64,000 bases of DNA from Callorhinchus milii (Eukaryota). The stretch lies in assembly GCF_018977255.1 (NCBI RefSeq), contig NW_024704742.1, positions 41,108,001 to 41,172,000 of the forward strand, in the 5' to 3' direction. Under the pieces are notes generated by a model. The model worked only from the letters and a program-made list of their open reading frames with translations. It was not told the DNA's origin and made no database searches. Each line of letters begins with the position of its first letter. Position 1 is the stretch's first letter. The position numbers and the translations under genes are program-made. Positions 37,441-49,817 of this stretch are shown here, one piece after another.

Positions 37441-38965
37441 TTTTTTTAAGAAAACTGCCAGTCATAACTTGACAACCGTGCCAGTAAAAAAAACTATCAA
37501 TACTGCCCTCAAATCTCTATCAGTGATAATTTCAAAAGACATCCACTCCTTTAAGATTTGTGGATGCATATTGCCTGGATCAGGAAACTTATTTTAAGAT
37601 TTTCCATTTGACTATAATCTGGTTAAACATGACCTCCCTTTCTTGAATCCATGCTTACTTCCAACCAGAGTTTTTCCAAATGTTTGTCAACTAGATCTTT
37701 CAAAATTATTTCAATGATTTTTTCCATATTTCATTTCATCTACAGTTCCAGGTTTTTCTTATACCTTTTAAAAAATAACAAATAACAGAACAATATTAAT
37801 TACCATCCAATCCTCCGGAAACTACCCAATGCAACAAAGATACAAAATTGTGAGTTAAAGTCAATTTCACTCCTTAAGTCCTTTAAGACTTGTGGATGCA
37901 AGTTGCCTGAATCAGGAAATGTATTTTAAGATTTTCCATTTAACCATAATTGGTCAGAATGTGTATATTGTTCTCCTCTGCCTTTCCTGGAAATGACTGA
38001 AGGAAAATCTAAGTTAAAATATATTACAAGCTTTAAGGCCAGCATATTATAAAAAATAAGAATTAAACAAACGTTAGATCGAACTTTACTAATTCCAATC
38101 GGTTCTTTTATGATTTTTTTTCTTCCCTTCAGGCCATGATAAATACCCCTTCCCCATTCTAGTCAGCTTAATACAAGATGTAGCCTAAGCTTTGCTGCAC
38201 AATGTAAGCATAGAACCATTCCTCCAGGGAATTGCTATATGCAAAATACTGGTCCTTTGTGAGAATAAAAAAATGTACACGACTCTCCTCTAACTGCTTA
38301 TCTACAGCAAAGAATATTTCATAGGAGCTATTTTCCGCTGTACCTTTTTCAGAATTCACTGGCAGTACCAAACAACAATACCTGCCTGGCTTTTCAATTC
38401 TGTCCTGTATTGATTTTTAAAAAAAAATTGATTTCAAGTTCTGTGTGAAGAAGGCTGAACATTTTGTAAATGTAGACAGGTGGAGACTGTGTGTCTCCAA
38501 TACATCATTTCCTTTTCTTCTCCACTTCTAGTACTGCAATCAGTTTCACATCTAGACATTTAATAGCCTGACAAACACATGCAACAAAACCTGGTTCGTG
38601 GATAAATAGTCGCAAATCACAAGCAGCACTGGCACAAACCACAGCTTTAGTACTCAAAATCTGAGTAAGTTGTATTCAGATTCACACTTTCTACTGATAC
38701 TGTAGAAAGAGATTGAAAAATGTTCCCTGAAGTCAATTGATTTGTTTTCCACAAACAAATGCACTCAAAATCCTGCACTAAAATACAAGGTTGTAAAAAA
38801 AACAGGGTCACTTATAACTTGGAACAAGTTATTTTCTTTCCTCATTGCAGTTCACTCACACAAATAAAAAATTATAGTGCAAAACAGATCTACCCTTTCA
38901 GAATTAATTCCAACCATCTTAGCTTAATATAGGCTTTCTTTTAACAAAAGTTTATTTTTTCGATA

Positions 38966-38988
38966 CATATATATATATATATATATAT
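38966..38988. repeat. (TA)n microsatellite
   Basis: Direct reading. Confidence 0.95.
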
Positions 38989-39128
38989 AAATGTTTGTGT
39001 TTTTGTGCTTATGAGACAATTGGATGTCACTGTTGCAGAATAACAATTATACCTCTCTGGGTAGCAAGGGTCAGTATCAGGCACTCTCAGATTTAGAGTA
39101 AAGTTCCCCTTCATCTCCACCTACAAAA

Positions 39129-39383
39129 GGGGAGAAATTTCACCTGGGTCCAGATTTCCTCAATTTATGTAGCATTTGGTAAGTCAATCAGCCTCAACTC
39201 TGAATCTGTTTTTCCGCCATTCTTAAAAGAACTTACAGAAAACCAGCTTCAAAATTAAGACTGTAGAGAAGAATTTGCCAAATTCTGGACACTGAAATAA
39301 TAATAATAAACCTTGCATTTGATGTAGGGCCTTATCATGCTAAGAAAATGGAGTATATCTAGACCCAGGTGGAATTTCTCCCC
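39129..39383. mobile_element. MITE-like element with ~50-bp imperfect terminal inverted repeats
   Basis: Starts GGGGAGAAATTTCACCTGGGTCCAGAT, ends ATCTAGACCCAGGTGGAATTTCTCCCC; contains a SINE tail piece at ~39297-39340. Confidence 0.7.
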
Positions 39384-39567
39384 AATGTGCTTTAACCTCA
39401 ACCTCATGGCCTCTCTGAATGAGTCTGCATTATGCCCTTAATTATAGGCAGCTTTGTCCCGTGGGCCTTGGTCCATAAAGCATTGATTAAGATTGCCTCA
39501 AATTTATTTCACAAGTAGGACCCTTACAATGAAAAGCAACATTCTTCCTATCATTCTGAGCTAATTT

Positions 39568-40004
39568 CAACAACAACAACAACAACAAGATTCCATTTAT
39601 AAAGCGCCTTTCACGTCAGGAGGACGTCCCAAGGCGCTGCACAGTTGGGTCATGACCCGAGCAAGGGGGAAATGGTCAGGGTGAGGGGAGGGAAGGGAGG
39701 GAGCAAGGAGGGGGGAAATGGTCAGGGTGAGGGGAGGGAAGGGAGGGAGCGAGGAGGGGGAAGAGAGTCGAGAGGGGAGCTGAAGGCTCGGTCAAAGAGA
39801 AAGGTTTTGAGACCGGCCTTGAAGGAGGAAAGGGAGGAGGCGGCGAAGGCACTGGGGGATGGAGTTCCAGAGCCTGGGGGCTGAGAGGCTGAAGGCCCGA
39901 CCACCGATGGTAGGGCGGTTGGGGCGGGGGACGTGGAGCAGACCAGAGCCAGAGGAACGGAGGGTACGGGCAGGTAGGTAGGGGGATAGTAGGTTGGAGA
40001 GGTC
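39568..40004 (-). mobile_element. Young L2 LINE 3' fragment with a ~47-bp internal tandem duplication
   Basis: LSPYLPARTLRSSGSGLLHVPR..GGRAFSLSAPRLWNSIP; (TTG)n tail. Confidence 0.95.
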
Positions 40005-41336
40005 AAATTTCAAATTTCAAATCCAAATTGCAGATATGAAAGATATGAAAGATCATATGAAAGAAAGTTAAACCACTGGGTGACCCAATCTACTCAGTCA
40101 ATGTAAGACAGATATCACAGATAACAATTCAACAACAACTTTAAAGAAATTTATTAATGCTGCTTTGTTTTTAAATATCATTGTACTCTTCAAAGGCCTG
40201 ACATTCCCCAGGTTGTAGGCTGATTTAAGATACTTATGTCAAATTTAAAATTTTGCAAATAAAAACTTGCAAAAAGTTAGCTTCCAAATTAAGACAGATT
40301 AATTCAATAATTTTCACAAACTCTCAAAATGCAATGTTAAGATAATTGTCTTCAAGCTAAGAGCGTAAGAAATTTGGACTCTGATTGGAAAGGCATGGAA
40401 AGGCTGAAGGAATTCTGAAGATAAAAGCTATCTTCCTTCTGGTTTTAAGTTAAAATTCTCATTTTTTTAATACCTTGGAGCACATTCTGTTTGTCGGTGC
40501 ATAAAACTGCTGACTTAAGCTCCTCTCTCCCAATTTACAAACATTGACCAAAGGTTTGTGAGGATTTGGGGGGGTTAAAATTCTTCTTTGCTGAAAAATG
40601 ATCATCTAAGGTAAACAGCATTTAACTTGCCAAGCAAGAGGGAAAAATCAGAAACTATGAAACTGCCAGGCAAAATCACAAGGCAGTATGGTAAGAAATG
40701 TGTTGGAGCATATTAAACATTGCATAATTGCTATAAGTGCAGCTTCTGCCATTAAACTGACCGTATGTGGTATATTCCATTTATGGCTACATAATTCACA
40801 TGTCATTTCCATTTTTCATCACCATTATTTGTGCTAGTAAACAAATCATTTATGTTCTAGAAAAACTCACTGAAATTTGCTTAATGACCAGACGATTCAT
40901 TGTTTATCAAATACTGCATTAGAAAACTACATTTCAAAGAATCCCCTCAATGCAGCTTATTTTCTAGCATGCACAGTTGTTTCAATACTTTTTTGGGCAA
41001 AATCGTCTTATTAAGTATGTAAAAGTGCTCCCTCATGAGTTATGTTCACATTTAAAATATTTACTCGTTGCATGCAGCATTTGTGAATTTAAAGTAACAT
41101 CTTTACACAATTATGAAAATACTCCTCAATATTATTGTACAATTAGAATAAAGGGTTCTGCTTTAGTTCCTACTCAAATATATGTATAATCTGTGCAGAA
41201 CCAATCAGTACTGCTGCTTTAAATAACATACGCTACGCACATTACGAAAACTTAATTAGTAAAGTAAAATGCAGAAAAGGAAGCAACACGAGGTAAACAT
41301 CTATTAATCGCAAAAACCCATGATGCACATTTTAGT

Positions 41337-41660
41337 TATAATAATAATAATCCTTGCATTTGATATAGTGTCTTATCATATCGTTGAGACATCTCAAAGC
41401 TCTTCATAGAATATATTGTAAAGTGTATTTTGTGGTTAAAACTCAGCAGCCAATTGAGTGACCAAATCTTTTGGGGGGGGGAAGAGATTATTACCCCCAG
41501 CAAGCAATCTGCCAATCGACTAACAACCAGTTTCCTACTTATTGCTAAGTAAAGAGAGGCATGTGGAGTAAGGAAACTTGTCTACGGTTTCGTCCTAGGA
41601 ATCGCACCCGGATCCTCTCGCTTGCGAGGCGATTATGGTGCGCTAACCACTACCATACGG
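41337..41660 (-). mobile_element. SINE family A, long form
   Basis: tRNA-like head plus the extra segment TTTACTTAGCAATAAGTAGGAAACTGGTTGTTAGTCGATTGGCAGATTGC; family A tail. Confidence 0.88.
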
Positions 41661-42547
41661 GACATTTTCCACTTTGCATTGTATTGAATTGAATAAAACT
41701 ACAAGCAGATGATGATGACCAAATTGCAAAGGAGATTCTACACAAATGTTTACACAGACCAGTTCCATGAACATAAATGTGATGTAATTTCTGAAGCATT
41801 CAGTACCTCTCAGCACAAAATAGAGATTGTGTGTCCTGCTGCTACAATGAGGTATGAAACATAACATTTGCACCACTGCATTTGACACATTAATGGGATT
41901 CTCCAGCTTGTGAATATCGAATTGCGAAAATCTCAACAAGCAAAACACACGCAGCTTCCCATCGGTGTTTTGCTCACCAGGCTTATTTTCTGCGATTTCT
42001 TGCTCACAAATTTCACAATCTGATGTTCACATACCAGAAGCAATTAATACAAAAGAAGTACAGTGTGCATTTTGGGTCCCATAATGTACACTGGATAGTT
42101 ACTACAAATCTATGGGAGTATGTAGTATAATAACCGATGAAAACAACCATGGTAAAGCTCTGTACAGTTGGTAGGTTTTGAATCTTAACTAGATGCTCGG
42201 AAATTAAGAATCTGATTTACACTTGTAATGCAAATTAGGATCTTTTTTTCTCTGTTATTACTTTGAACTCCAAGAACTGCAAAATCCCCAGACATCATTA
42301 TCTTGCTCTTCTGCAATCAGGCCTTTACAACAGCAATACAGTTTATGTTGAATTTCTTTTAAAAAGATTATTACATATACAGAAACAGGAAGCATCTCTG
42401 AAGCAGAGTTCTGACTCACTACGCTTCGCACACAATATAAAATGAAAAAAAGATTAACCCCCTGTAGTCCAGTTAGACAGGGTAAAACCATTTCTTCAGA
42501 ATAAACATTATACTTTATCTCAGTTTTTACTAAGTTTAGGAAAAACA

Positions 42548-42886
42548 AGTCCGATAGTGTAGTGCTTAGTGAATTCGCCTCGCAAGGGAGAGGAACCTGG
42601 GTTCAATTTCCGAGCAGGACAAAATTTTAAGCAAGATTCCTTACTCCACACGCCTCCGTTTACCTAGCAGTAAGTAGGAACCTGGTTCTTAACCGATTGG
42701 CAGATCGTTTTCCAGGGGTAATGATCTCTCAAAAAAATTATTTTGTCACTCAATCCATGACTGTTTGAGGGACAATGCTGCCCACAAAATATAGTCAATC
42801 CATTTTACAGTATATTTTGTGAAGGGCTTTGAGACATCTCAATGATGTAATAAGACGCTATATCAAATACAAGGATTATTATTATT
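42548..42886 (+). mobile_element. SINE family A, long form, full length
   Basis: tRNA-like head; CORE-like GCAAGATTCCTTACTCCACACGCCTCCGTTTACCTAGCAGTAAGTAGG; partial Deu 3' motif; tail. Confidence 0.9.
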
Positions 42887-44302
42887 AAACTAACAATGGG
42901 TAAACTCTACTCAGGCCACAGAGTGATTCCAATATACTGCCCAATATGCAACTCAGCTATACAGAGTAGAAAGTGCATTAAATCCGGTGCTCTCAACAGG
43001 AATGGTGGAACTTACTCTTAGATCTCCTGAGTTAAACAGGAAAACGTAAAGCAGGGCCTCTGGTCATGATAATTATCTGAAGCCTGGAAACATCAAACAA
43101 GGGCAGGCTGAAGTGGACACTTAATGGTATTGGCACAAAAGAACAATTTGAATAACAGCCAGATCAGGTTCACGTCTCCCACCCCTTTCCCCATTTGTCT
43201 CAGATTTTTGACGAACTCCAAGATTAGTATAATGGCCCACAGCTCCAATCTGTTTTCTGTGCCATTTGAACTTGGAAGGACTCCAAATGCCCTGGATCCT
43301 TTAGCTTTGTGAATGCTTCAATGCTATAAGACAGGATTGAATTCAGCTGACATACCTTTCCATGGTCAAACAGTCTGCCAAGGTTCTCTCTCTAGGCACA
43401 GGCATAATAAATGGCAACTTGGCTTAAGTAATGGAGGACAGCTGGCACTGTACTCCAGCATAGCTCAGTGCCTTGTGGACAAGAGGCAGAAAATTAGTGG
43501 GGAGGAAAGGGGTAATTTATTTTTGTCATATGGGATAACTGGGAGAAGGTTCCTGGTTCAATCGCTAATACCTGGCCCAACTGGTCATTATTCATGGACA
43601 AGCCTCAACAATTAAATTAACATGTAGATGGGACTATCGGTAGATGGGAAATATTCCAGCCAATGTGCCCCTCACAGGTGTACTCACAAATACGTGCATG
43701 CTCAACACACACATACACACACTCCATGTAGGTATTTAACAACTTACAGGCATACCCCAAACCACACACCCATAAAATATACACACATATACAGCCAGTG
43801 ATCAGGAGCAGTATTGGCAGATTTTTCACCTTTTTAATCTGAGAACACTGCAGCCAATTGTATTGCCAATACCACTGCTTCCACTGAGATGAGTTGTCAG
43901 CACAGACCAGGTACCAAACAATTTTGCCTGGATATTTTAGTTAGTTGTCTCAAAAATGTTTACTGCTGGCCTTTTCTCACACTCTCCTGGTGTGGGATTC
44001 TGCATTTTTTTTTCAAATTTGGCACGATTTTCAAAATTGTATATTTGCAACTGGAATTAATGGAACTTTGCTTATATTATAATTTTAGGCCTGGATAAAA
44101 GCATCCAGGTGAAAGCAGGAAGAAAAACTTGTTGCGTTGTATAAGCTATTGAAACTTGTGTGAGATAAAAGTATAGTTATACTAATGTGGGAACTCCAAC
44201 TGGCCCCAAATAAACTGGAAATGCCAAGAGGCAAAGACTCTTGAAGATTGTCAGCGAGTCAGTTAGTGTGTCAGCTGACTGACACACTGGCTGATTTGAT
44301 AG

Positions 44303-45367
44303 TGTTGTGATCCCGTTTCATAAATAAAATTGTGAATATATATTAACTAATGTAGTTGAAAGAATTATTTTAATGAATAGCTTGAAATGCTTATGTTGAA
44401 AGTGCTGGTATAATTAATGGTTACAAATGCTTATGTAGGCTAGAAAAATTTCAGGATGACTTGTTTATTACAGCTGAAGTTTGTTGAAGATGTTTTTCCA
44501 TAACAAATTCAAAGATGTTTTCTATAACAATTCAAATTTTATAACAATTCTGCAGATTTATAGCCTTAGGAAGATGTTCTTCTATAACAATAACAATTCT
44601 GCAGGTGTAGTAACAATTCTGCAGATTATATTTTATTATTATTTTATGTGAGATAATTGCTTCATGTACAAGAGAATGGAAAGATTTTCCATTCCCATCC
44701 TGACAGTGGAAAATCGATTATAAAAGATGTATGGTTGAACTATAATTTGTTCAGCCTAGGACAGAGCATATCAGGTGCTGTCCACACAAGAGCCATCTTT
44801 CATGTGGTGATATGAAATGGTGAAGCAAATGTGTTGTCTTCAGGGTTAAAATCCATCAGACTTGGACTGTTCCATCGTTTCATCAACTTGATTCCAGCAA
44901 TTTCAAGAGGAAAGAAAGCTAACATAACTACAGGACGGCTGAAAGCGTTTGGAAAGCAATAGGAGAAGAATAACAACGAAAAACTGCAAAGTAAAGTATA
45001 CAACTCAGCTGTACACCATTGAAGATTCAACATTGACTTCATCATAATGAACCCAAGGAAGAGGTTTCTGGTCTGAAGCAAGAGACTTTCTGCTCTTTCT
45101 CTGCTCTTTTTAAATTTACCAACTATCTCTACCCAAGAAGCACAGATTTGAAGATTTTATGGAGTGACCAACTGCTGATTCTGTTACTTTGATATGGACG
45201 TTTGTCTATTCTATGGACCTGTCTGATGTATTTCTCATAATTGAACTGACAAATTTTACCTTTCTTATTCAGTAAAGAAATTTTCAAAGCATGAGTTGCT
45301 GAGTATCTGTTCCTCTGTTCTTGGGTCCTTAAATAAAAGAGGGCTAGAGAGAATAAACTGGTCTTAC
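44303..45367 (+). mobile_element. Possible solo LTR
   Basis: Starts TGTTG; tandem ATAACAATTC units at ~44500-44625; TATAAAAG at 44719; AATAAA at 45332 and 45352. No terminal CA or target-site duplication seen. Confidence 0.35.
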
Positions 45368-45391
45368 TTTGTTCATTGCCCAGAACCCAAC

Positions 45392-45808
45392 AGTAGCATT
45401 CTCACCTCTAAATCAAAAGGTTGTGGGACTAAGCCCCACGTCAGGACTTTGAGCTCATACTCTAGGCTGACACCTCTTGGCTAGAGGAGGATTCCATTGT
45501 TGGTTGTGCCGTCACTTCTGACATTAAACCAACGTCCTATTTGCCTGATCAGGTGAACGTTAAAGATTCCATGACACTATTTGAAAAAGAGAACAGTTTC
45601 TTCCAGTGTCCTGGCCAACAATCCCCCAGATAAAATTAGTCATTCACTTCATGCCTGTTTGTAGGACAATGCTGCGTGTGCAAATTGGCTGCCACATTCA
45701 CAAAAACACAATCAGTAAAAATCAAACTTTCAGTAAAAAAATCTTGTGCACCATCTCGAGACATTTGCGGATGTGATAAGGTGCTATATCAAATGCAAGT
45801 ATTATTAT
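45392..45808 (+). mobile_element. Deu-domain SINE family B, near full length
   Basis: GTAGCATTCTCACCTCT..GGTTGTGGGACTAAGCCCCAC..AGGCTGACACC..AAAGATTCCATGACACTATTTG..GTGTCCTGGCCAAC..GCAAATTGGCTGCCAC..tail. Confidence 0.88.
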
Positions 45809-48689
45809 TTCCATCCATGAAGAGTGAGGAAATGGCACCCCAACTGGAAAAATAACATATTATATTTTCATCAACAAGTCACTTTCTAAGCAGGAATTGT
45901 ACAAGTCTGTGAACATTTTCAAAATAATATATTTGCTTCAAAATAAATAATAGATATATTGATAAAGGATGAGCAATTGCCTAAAATATTTTGCGCTTAA
46001 ATCAGGGTTTCTACGAAGTGTGGCTACAAATCAAGCAATTGGCTAATCTTCACAGAGCAATCTGTTTAAATCACTTGTTCTGTAATTCCATCTAAACAGG
46101 ATCAGAACACACTTTAAAACATATTTTACACAAAGCTGATTAGATTGCTATCATGTAGTGCTGTCTCCAGGTGAAAATGTGTCAGTGTCTTGAAGGTGCT
46201 TAATGCACCAAGCATTGCAAATCAGGTAATTGGGAAACATTTCATGATCAGATTGAGATTTTATGTCTGAAGGTTAATCTTGGTTATGTAAGAGCTTGGA
46301 GGCAGCTGTGTGCGCTAGGGTGGAATTATCTATTTGCAGAGGAACTGGAGTCATTTATCTGGAGTAGCTGTCTTGAAGGGAGAAAGTGCAGTGAATTCCT
46401 TGGATCCTTAGCAACTTCTGCACTCATGCCTATTCAGAATACTGTTTTGAGAAGAGGGGAGACACCGGTGCTTTCTTCAGAATAATCATAGATTAATGAC
46501 AGTAATTGCTCCCACTTTCACAGACTCTCCCAAAGTGAGCAACTGCTCCTGATCATAAAAGCTAGCTTAGCTTCTGGTTCAAGTTCAGTAAATAAACTCA
46601 GTTAGTCAGGTTTCTCTAAACCCATGTCCTCTTGTTTTACTGTCTTGGTACATCCTAAAGTATTGATCGGGGTTTAGTTTATGAAGCCCATTTAAAATTT
46701 TAATGATCAGTTGTGATTCTGAATCTTCTTCTCTCAAGACTAAAGAGCCCAAACTTGTCTAATCACACGTGATAGCTCATTCCTCTAACATTGGAACTCA
46801 TGCTTGTTGCTCTGCTCCAAAGACCAGAGCAGCCCGATTATGACATCTGGGGATCTATTCCTATCGTCTGATTAATTGTGTGCACTATTTGCTTATCCAC
46901 AATGGGGCTGGTCCCAATTATTGAGGATAATTGGCTCCCTCCTGTACTTAGCTCTCTGTTAAATGAGCGCACAGCAGCTTATTGTTTAGCAATTTCCAAA
47001 TAACATTATCCTCCTTGTACAGGGAAATCTCATTATAATGCAGCCTTCTGGATCCAATGTCTCAAAACCTGCATTATCGTCAAAATGGGGAAAAATAGCC
47101 AACTTCTGGGATGTCAGGGGGCTGCTGACATCACTTCCTGCACATAGGCGCCACTGACACCACTTCTGAGCATTGTGTGCAAGAAGTGCTGTTAACATCA
47201 CTTCCTTCATGAAGTGACCAACATTCATGAAAGTACCTTCACCTAAAAGTGACGTCAATTGTATGGTGACCTGACAATCCATAAGTGTGCCATTTTTTAG
47301 TGAAAACCAACTAGTGAGTGCCAGAAGCTGGATATCATGGTCCTGAGGACACCAGCATTAAAAGTGAGGCTGCATTATCTCCAGAGAAGGGAATGGGGGT
47401 ATGGGAGAGGGGATTAGGAGGATTGAATCCTCTTGTGGAGTATAAACACTGGTAAACACTAGTTTGGCTGAATAGCCTGTTTTTGTGCTGTAACACTGTA
47501 ATGTAATGTCCCCCAGTAATACATAATTCCATGTATCACTGGGGGACATTATAATAGAGCTGCCTTGTACTCTGCAGTGAACCATATGACTTCACAAATA
47601 TGATTCCTGCTGTAATTCTTCCTTTGGCCTAGATGGACTTTCCTTTGAGATTCATGATTAAGTGCGGAAATCAAAGTGTAATTGTTCATTCATTGTACCA
47701 AATTTGACAAACAAGGGTCAAGCCAATAGCATCTGTAATTACACTAGTTCAATTTCCTTTTTTTTAAAAAAAGAGTAACTTCAGATATTTAGAGAATTCT
47801 CTGTGGTCAGTCAACTGCTTCAGAAGCTGTTTACCTCAGTGATTGTGTTACATTATCTACGAGATACTTCTGAGGCACACAAGATCCTGTTCTGAATTGT
47901 TGCAAGCTTTGAAGTAATTCAGATTCTCAAAGAGGATAGCTACAGGGTAAAGTCAATTTGTAGATAATGTGTGCTGAATGTAAACTCATCTGTGATCAGC
48001 ACCGGATTATTGCTTAATCAACCTGACGTAATATCATCCCAAACCATTAGCGCTCTCTGTGAACATCGCTACATGTCAAGTATATGTTGNAAAAAAATGG
48101 TGGCAACTGAGCTCCAGGCTGTAAACTAATCATGGGCTTCGGATCATAAACCACGGCTTATGAGGTTCTCTGAACACCTTGTGTGTCACAGTGATAACAT
48201 GATTCACTCAGGTTATAGTTTGTCATTAAGCTTGAATTTTGAGGTCTAACCTCAGTGAGTGGATGATGGCACTCTGCACTTCACATTTATTCTAATTTGT
48301 GAGTAATACATTTAAGAATATCCAAAGCAGGAACATTTGGTGCACCTGAGAGGCAACATTGAACTCATTTTAAGTGCAAGAACATCTCCATCAGTTTATC
48401 ATTATACAACAAAGCAGTTCCAGGTAAGATGCGTTACACACTATCTAGATGCTGTTTGAAATTCCAACCAGTTGAGTATCTCTGCTGACAGACAATGACC
48501 ATTTAGACTGGACACCTCACAAGGTTGATTTCCCACCCTCCCTCTGGATATTTTGAGCATCTCATATTTTCTCCCTTCAGCACGATCAGAGGATGCTAAC
48601 AGTGTGCGGATCCTGCTTTTGACTTTGGGCTCTGCAACCTGGTCCCACCCAAAGTTATCTCTATTTTTCATTCAAATAGATACAGGACA

Positions 48690-49180
48690 ACACTGTTATA
48701 ATGTGTCTTGCATTCCAGGATATATTGTAAAGTGCCGTGATTCATATTTTGTGGACAAGCACTGTAGCCAATTTGCACATAGTAATGTCCCACGAACCTC
48801 CATGGCCTGAATGACTAATTTTATTTGGCCAGGACACTAGAGAAACTCCCTTTTCCTTTTGAATAGTGCCATGGGACCTTTAAAGTACACCTGAACAGGC
48901 ATTGGTTGTCTAATCCAAAGGATGGCAACATCTCCAGCATTTGAGGGTCCCTTGCACCCTCTACCCCACATTGGAGGTGGCGCTTTCAGCCACTACGCCC
49001 CGAAACTCCAGAACAATCTCCCTCAGTCCCCCAGCCTTGTCCCCTCTCTCCCCTTTTTCAAATCCTGCCTGAAAACCTTCCTTTACCACCTTCCCCCCCC
49101 CCCACCCCTGGCTCAGAGTCAGCTCTGAGACGCTATCCTGAGTGGAGGGTGCTATATAAGTGAAAGTTGTTGTTGTTGTA
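48690..49180. mobile_element. Family B SINE (minus, ~48690-48940) followed by an L2 3' end (plus, ~48945-49180)
   Basis: TTGGCCAGGACAC..TAGTGCCATGGGA; GGGAFSHYAPKLQNNLP..FKSCLKTFL with (TTG)n tail. Confidence 0.8.
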
Positions 49181-49508
49181 GTAGTACATAGTTGTGACAA
49201 AGCTGTGTTTTTTCAGCAATTTATTATTTATTGACAGACTATTTTGGAGTCCCTCAACCTCATTCCCTCCTCTCCACCTTCAAAACCCACCCTAAAGCCT
49301 ATTTCTTTTCCCCTCCCAGCACCCTCTCCCCGCCCTCCCACTTAGGTTTCCAGTCAATTTACTGTTTATCTGAAGAAGAGGCAGTCAAAGCATAGGATTA
49401 ACATTTCATCCTAAAAATTACACCTCTGTCAATGCAGCATCATTTTAGGAATGCACTGGGCACAATACGGGGCTTGAACCCACAACCCAGAGTTTTTTGT
49501 TCATCAAA

Positions 49509-49817
49509 GTGGAGTCCTGTAGCTCAGTGGTTAGAGCACTCACTTCGCAAGTGAGAGACCTGGCTTCAATTTCCGGCAGGGCAAAACCTTGGGCAAGTTT
49601 CCTTACTCCACATGCCTAATAATAATCCCTCAAAAAAAATAATAAAATTGGTCACTTCAATCCACGACTGTTTGTGGGACATTGCTGTGCGCAATTGGCT
49701 GCCGCTTTTTGCCCACAAATATACAGTCAATTCACTTTACAGTGTATTCTGTGAAGCGCTTCGAGATGTCTAGGAGACGTGAAAAGCACTATATCAAATA
49801 GAAGGATTATTATTATT
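49509..49817 (+). mobile_element. SINE family A, short form, full length
   Basis: GTGGAGTCCTGTAGCTCAGTGGTTAGAGCACTCACTTCGCAAGTGAGAG..CCTTGGGCAAGTTTCC..GCTGTGCGCAATTGGCTGCCGC..(ATT)n. Confidence 0.95.

Noticed and set aside
48090..48090. Single N base
   Set aside because: Assembly ambiguity beside an A run, not a biological feature.
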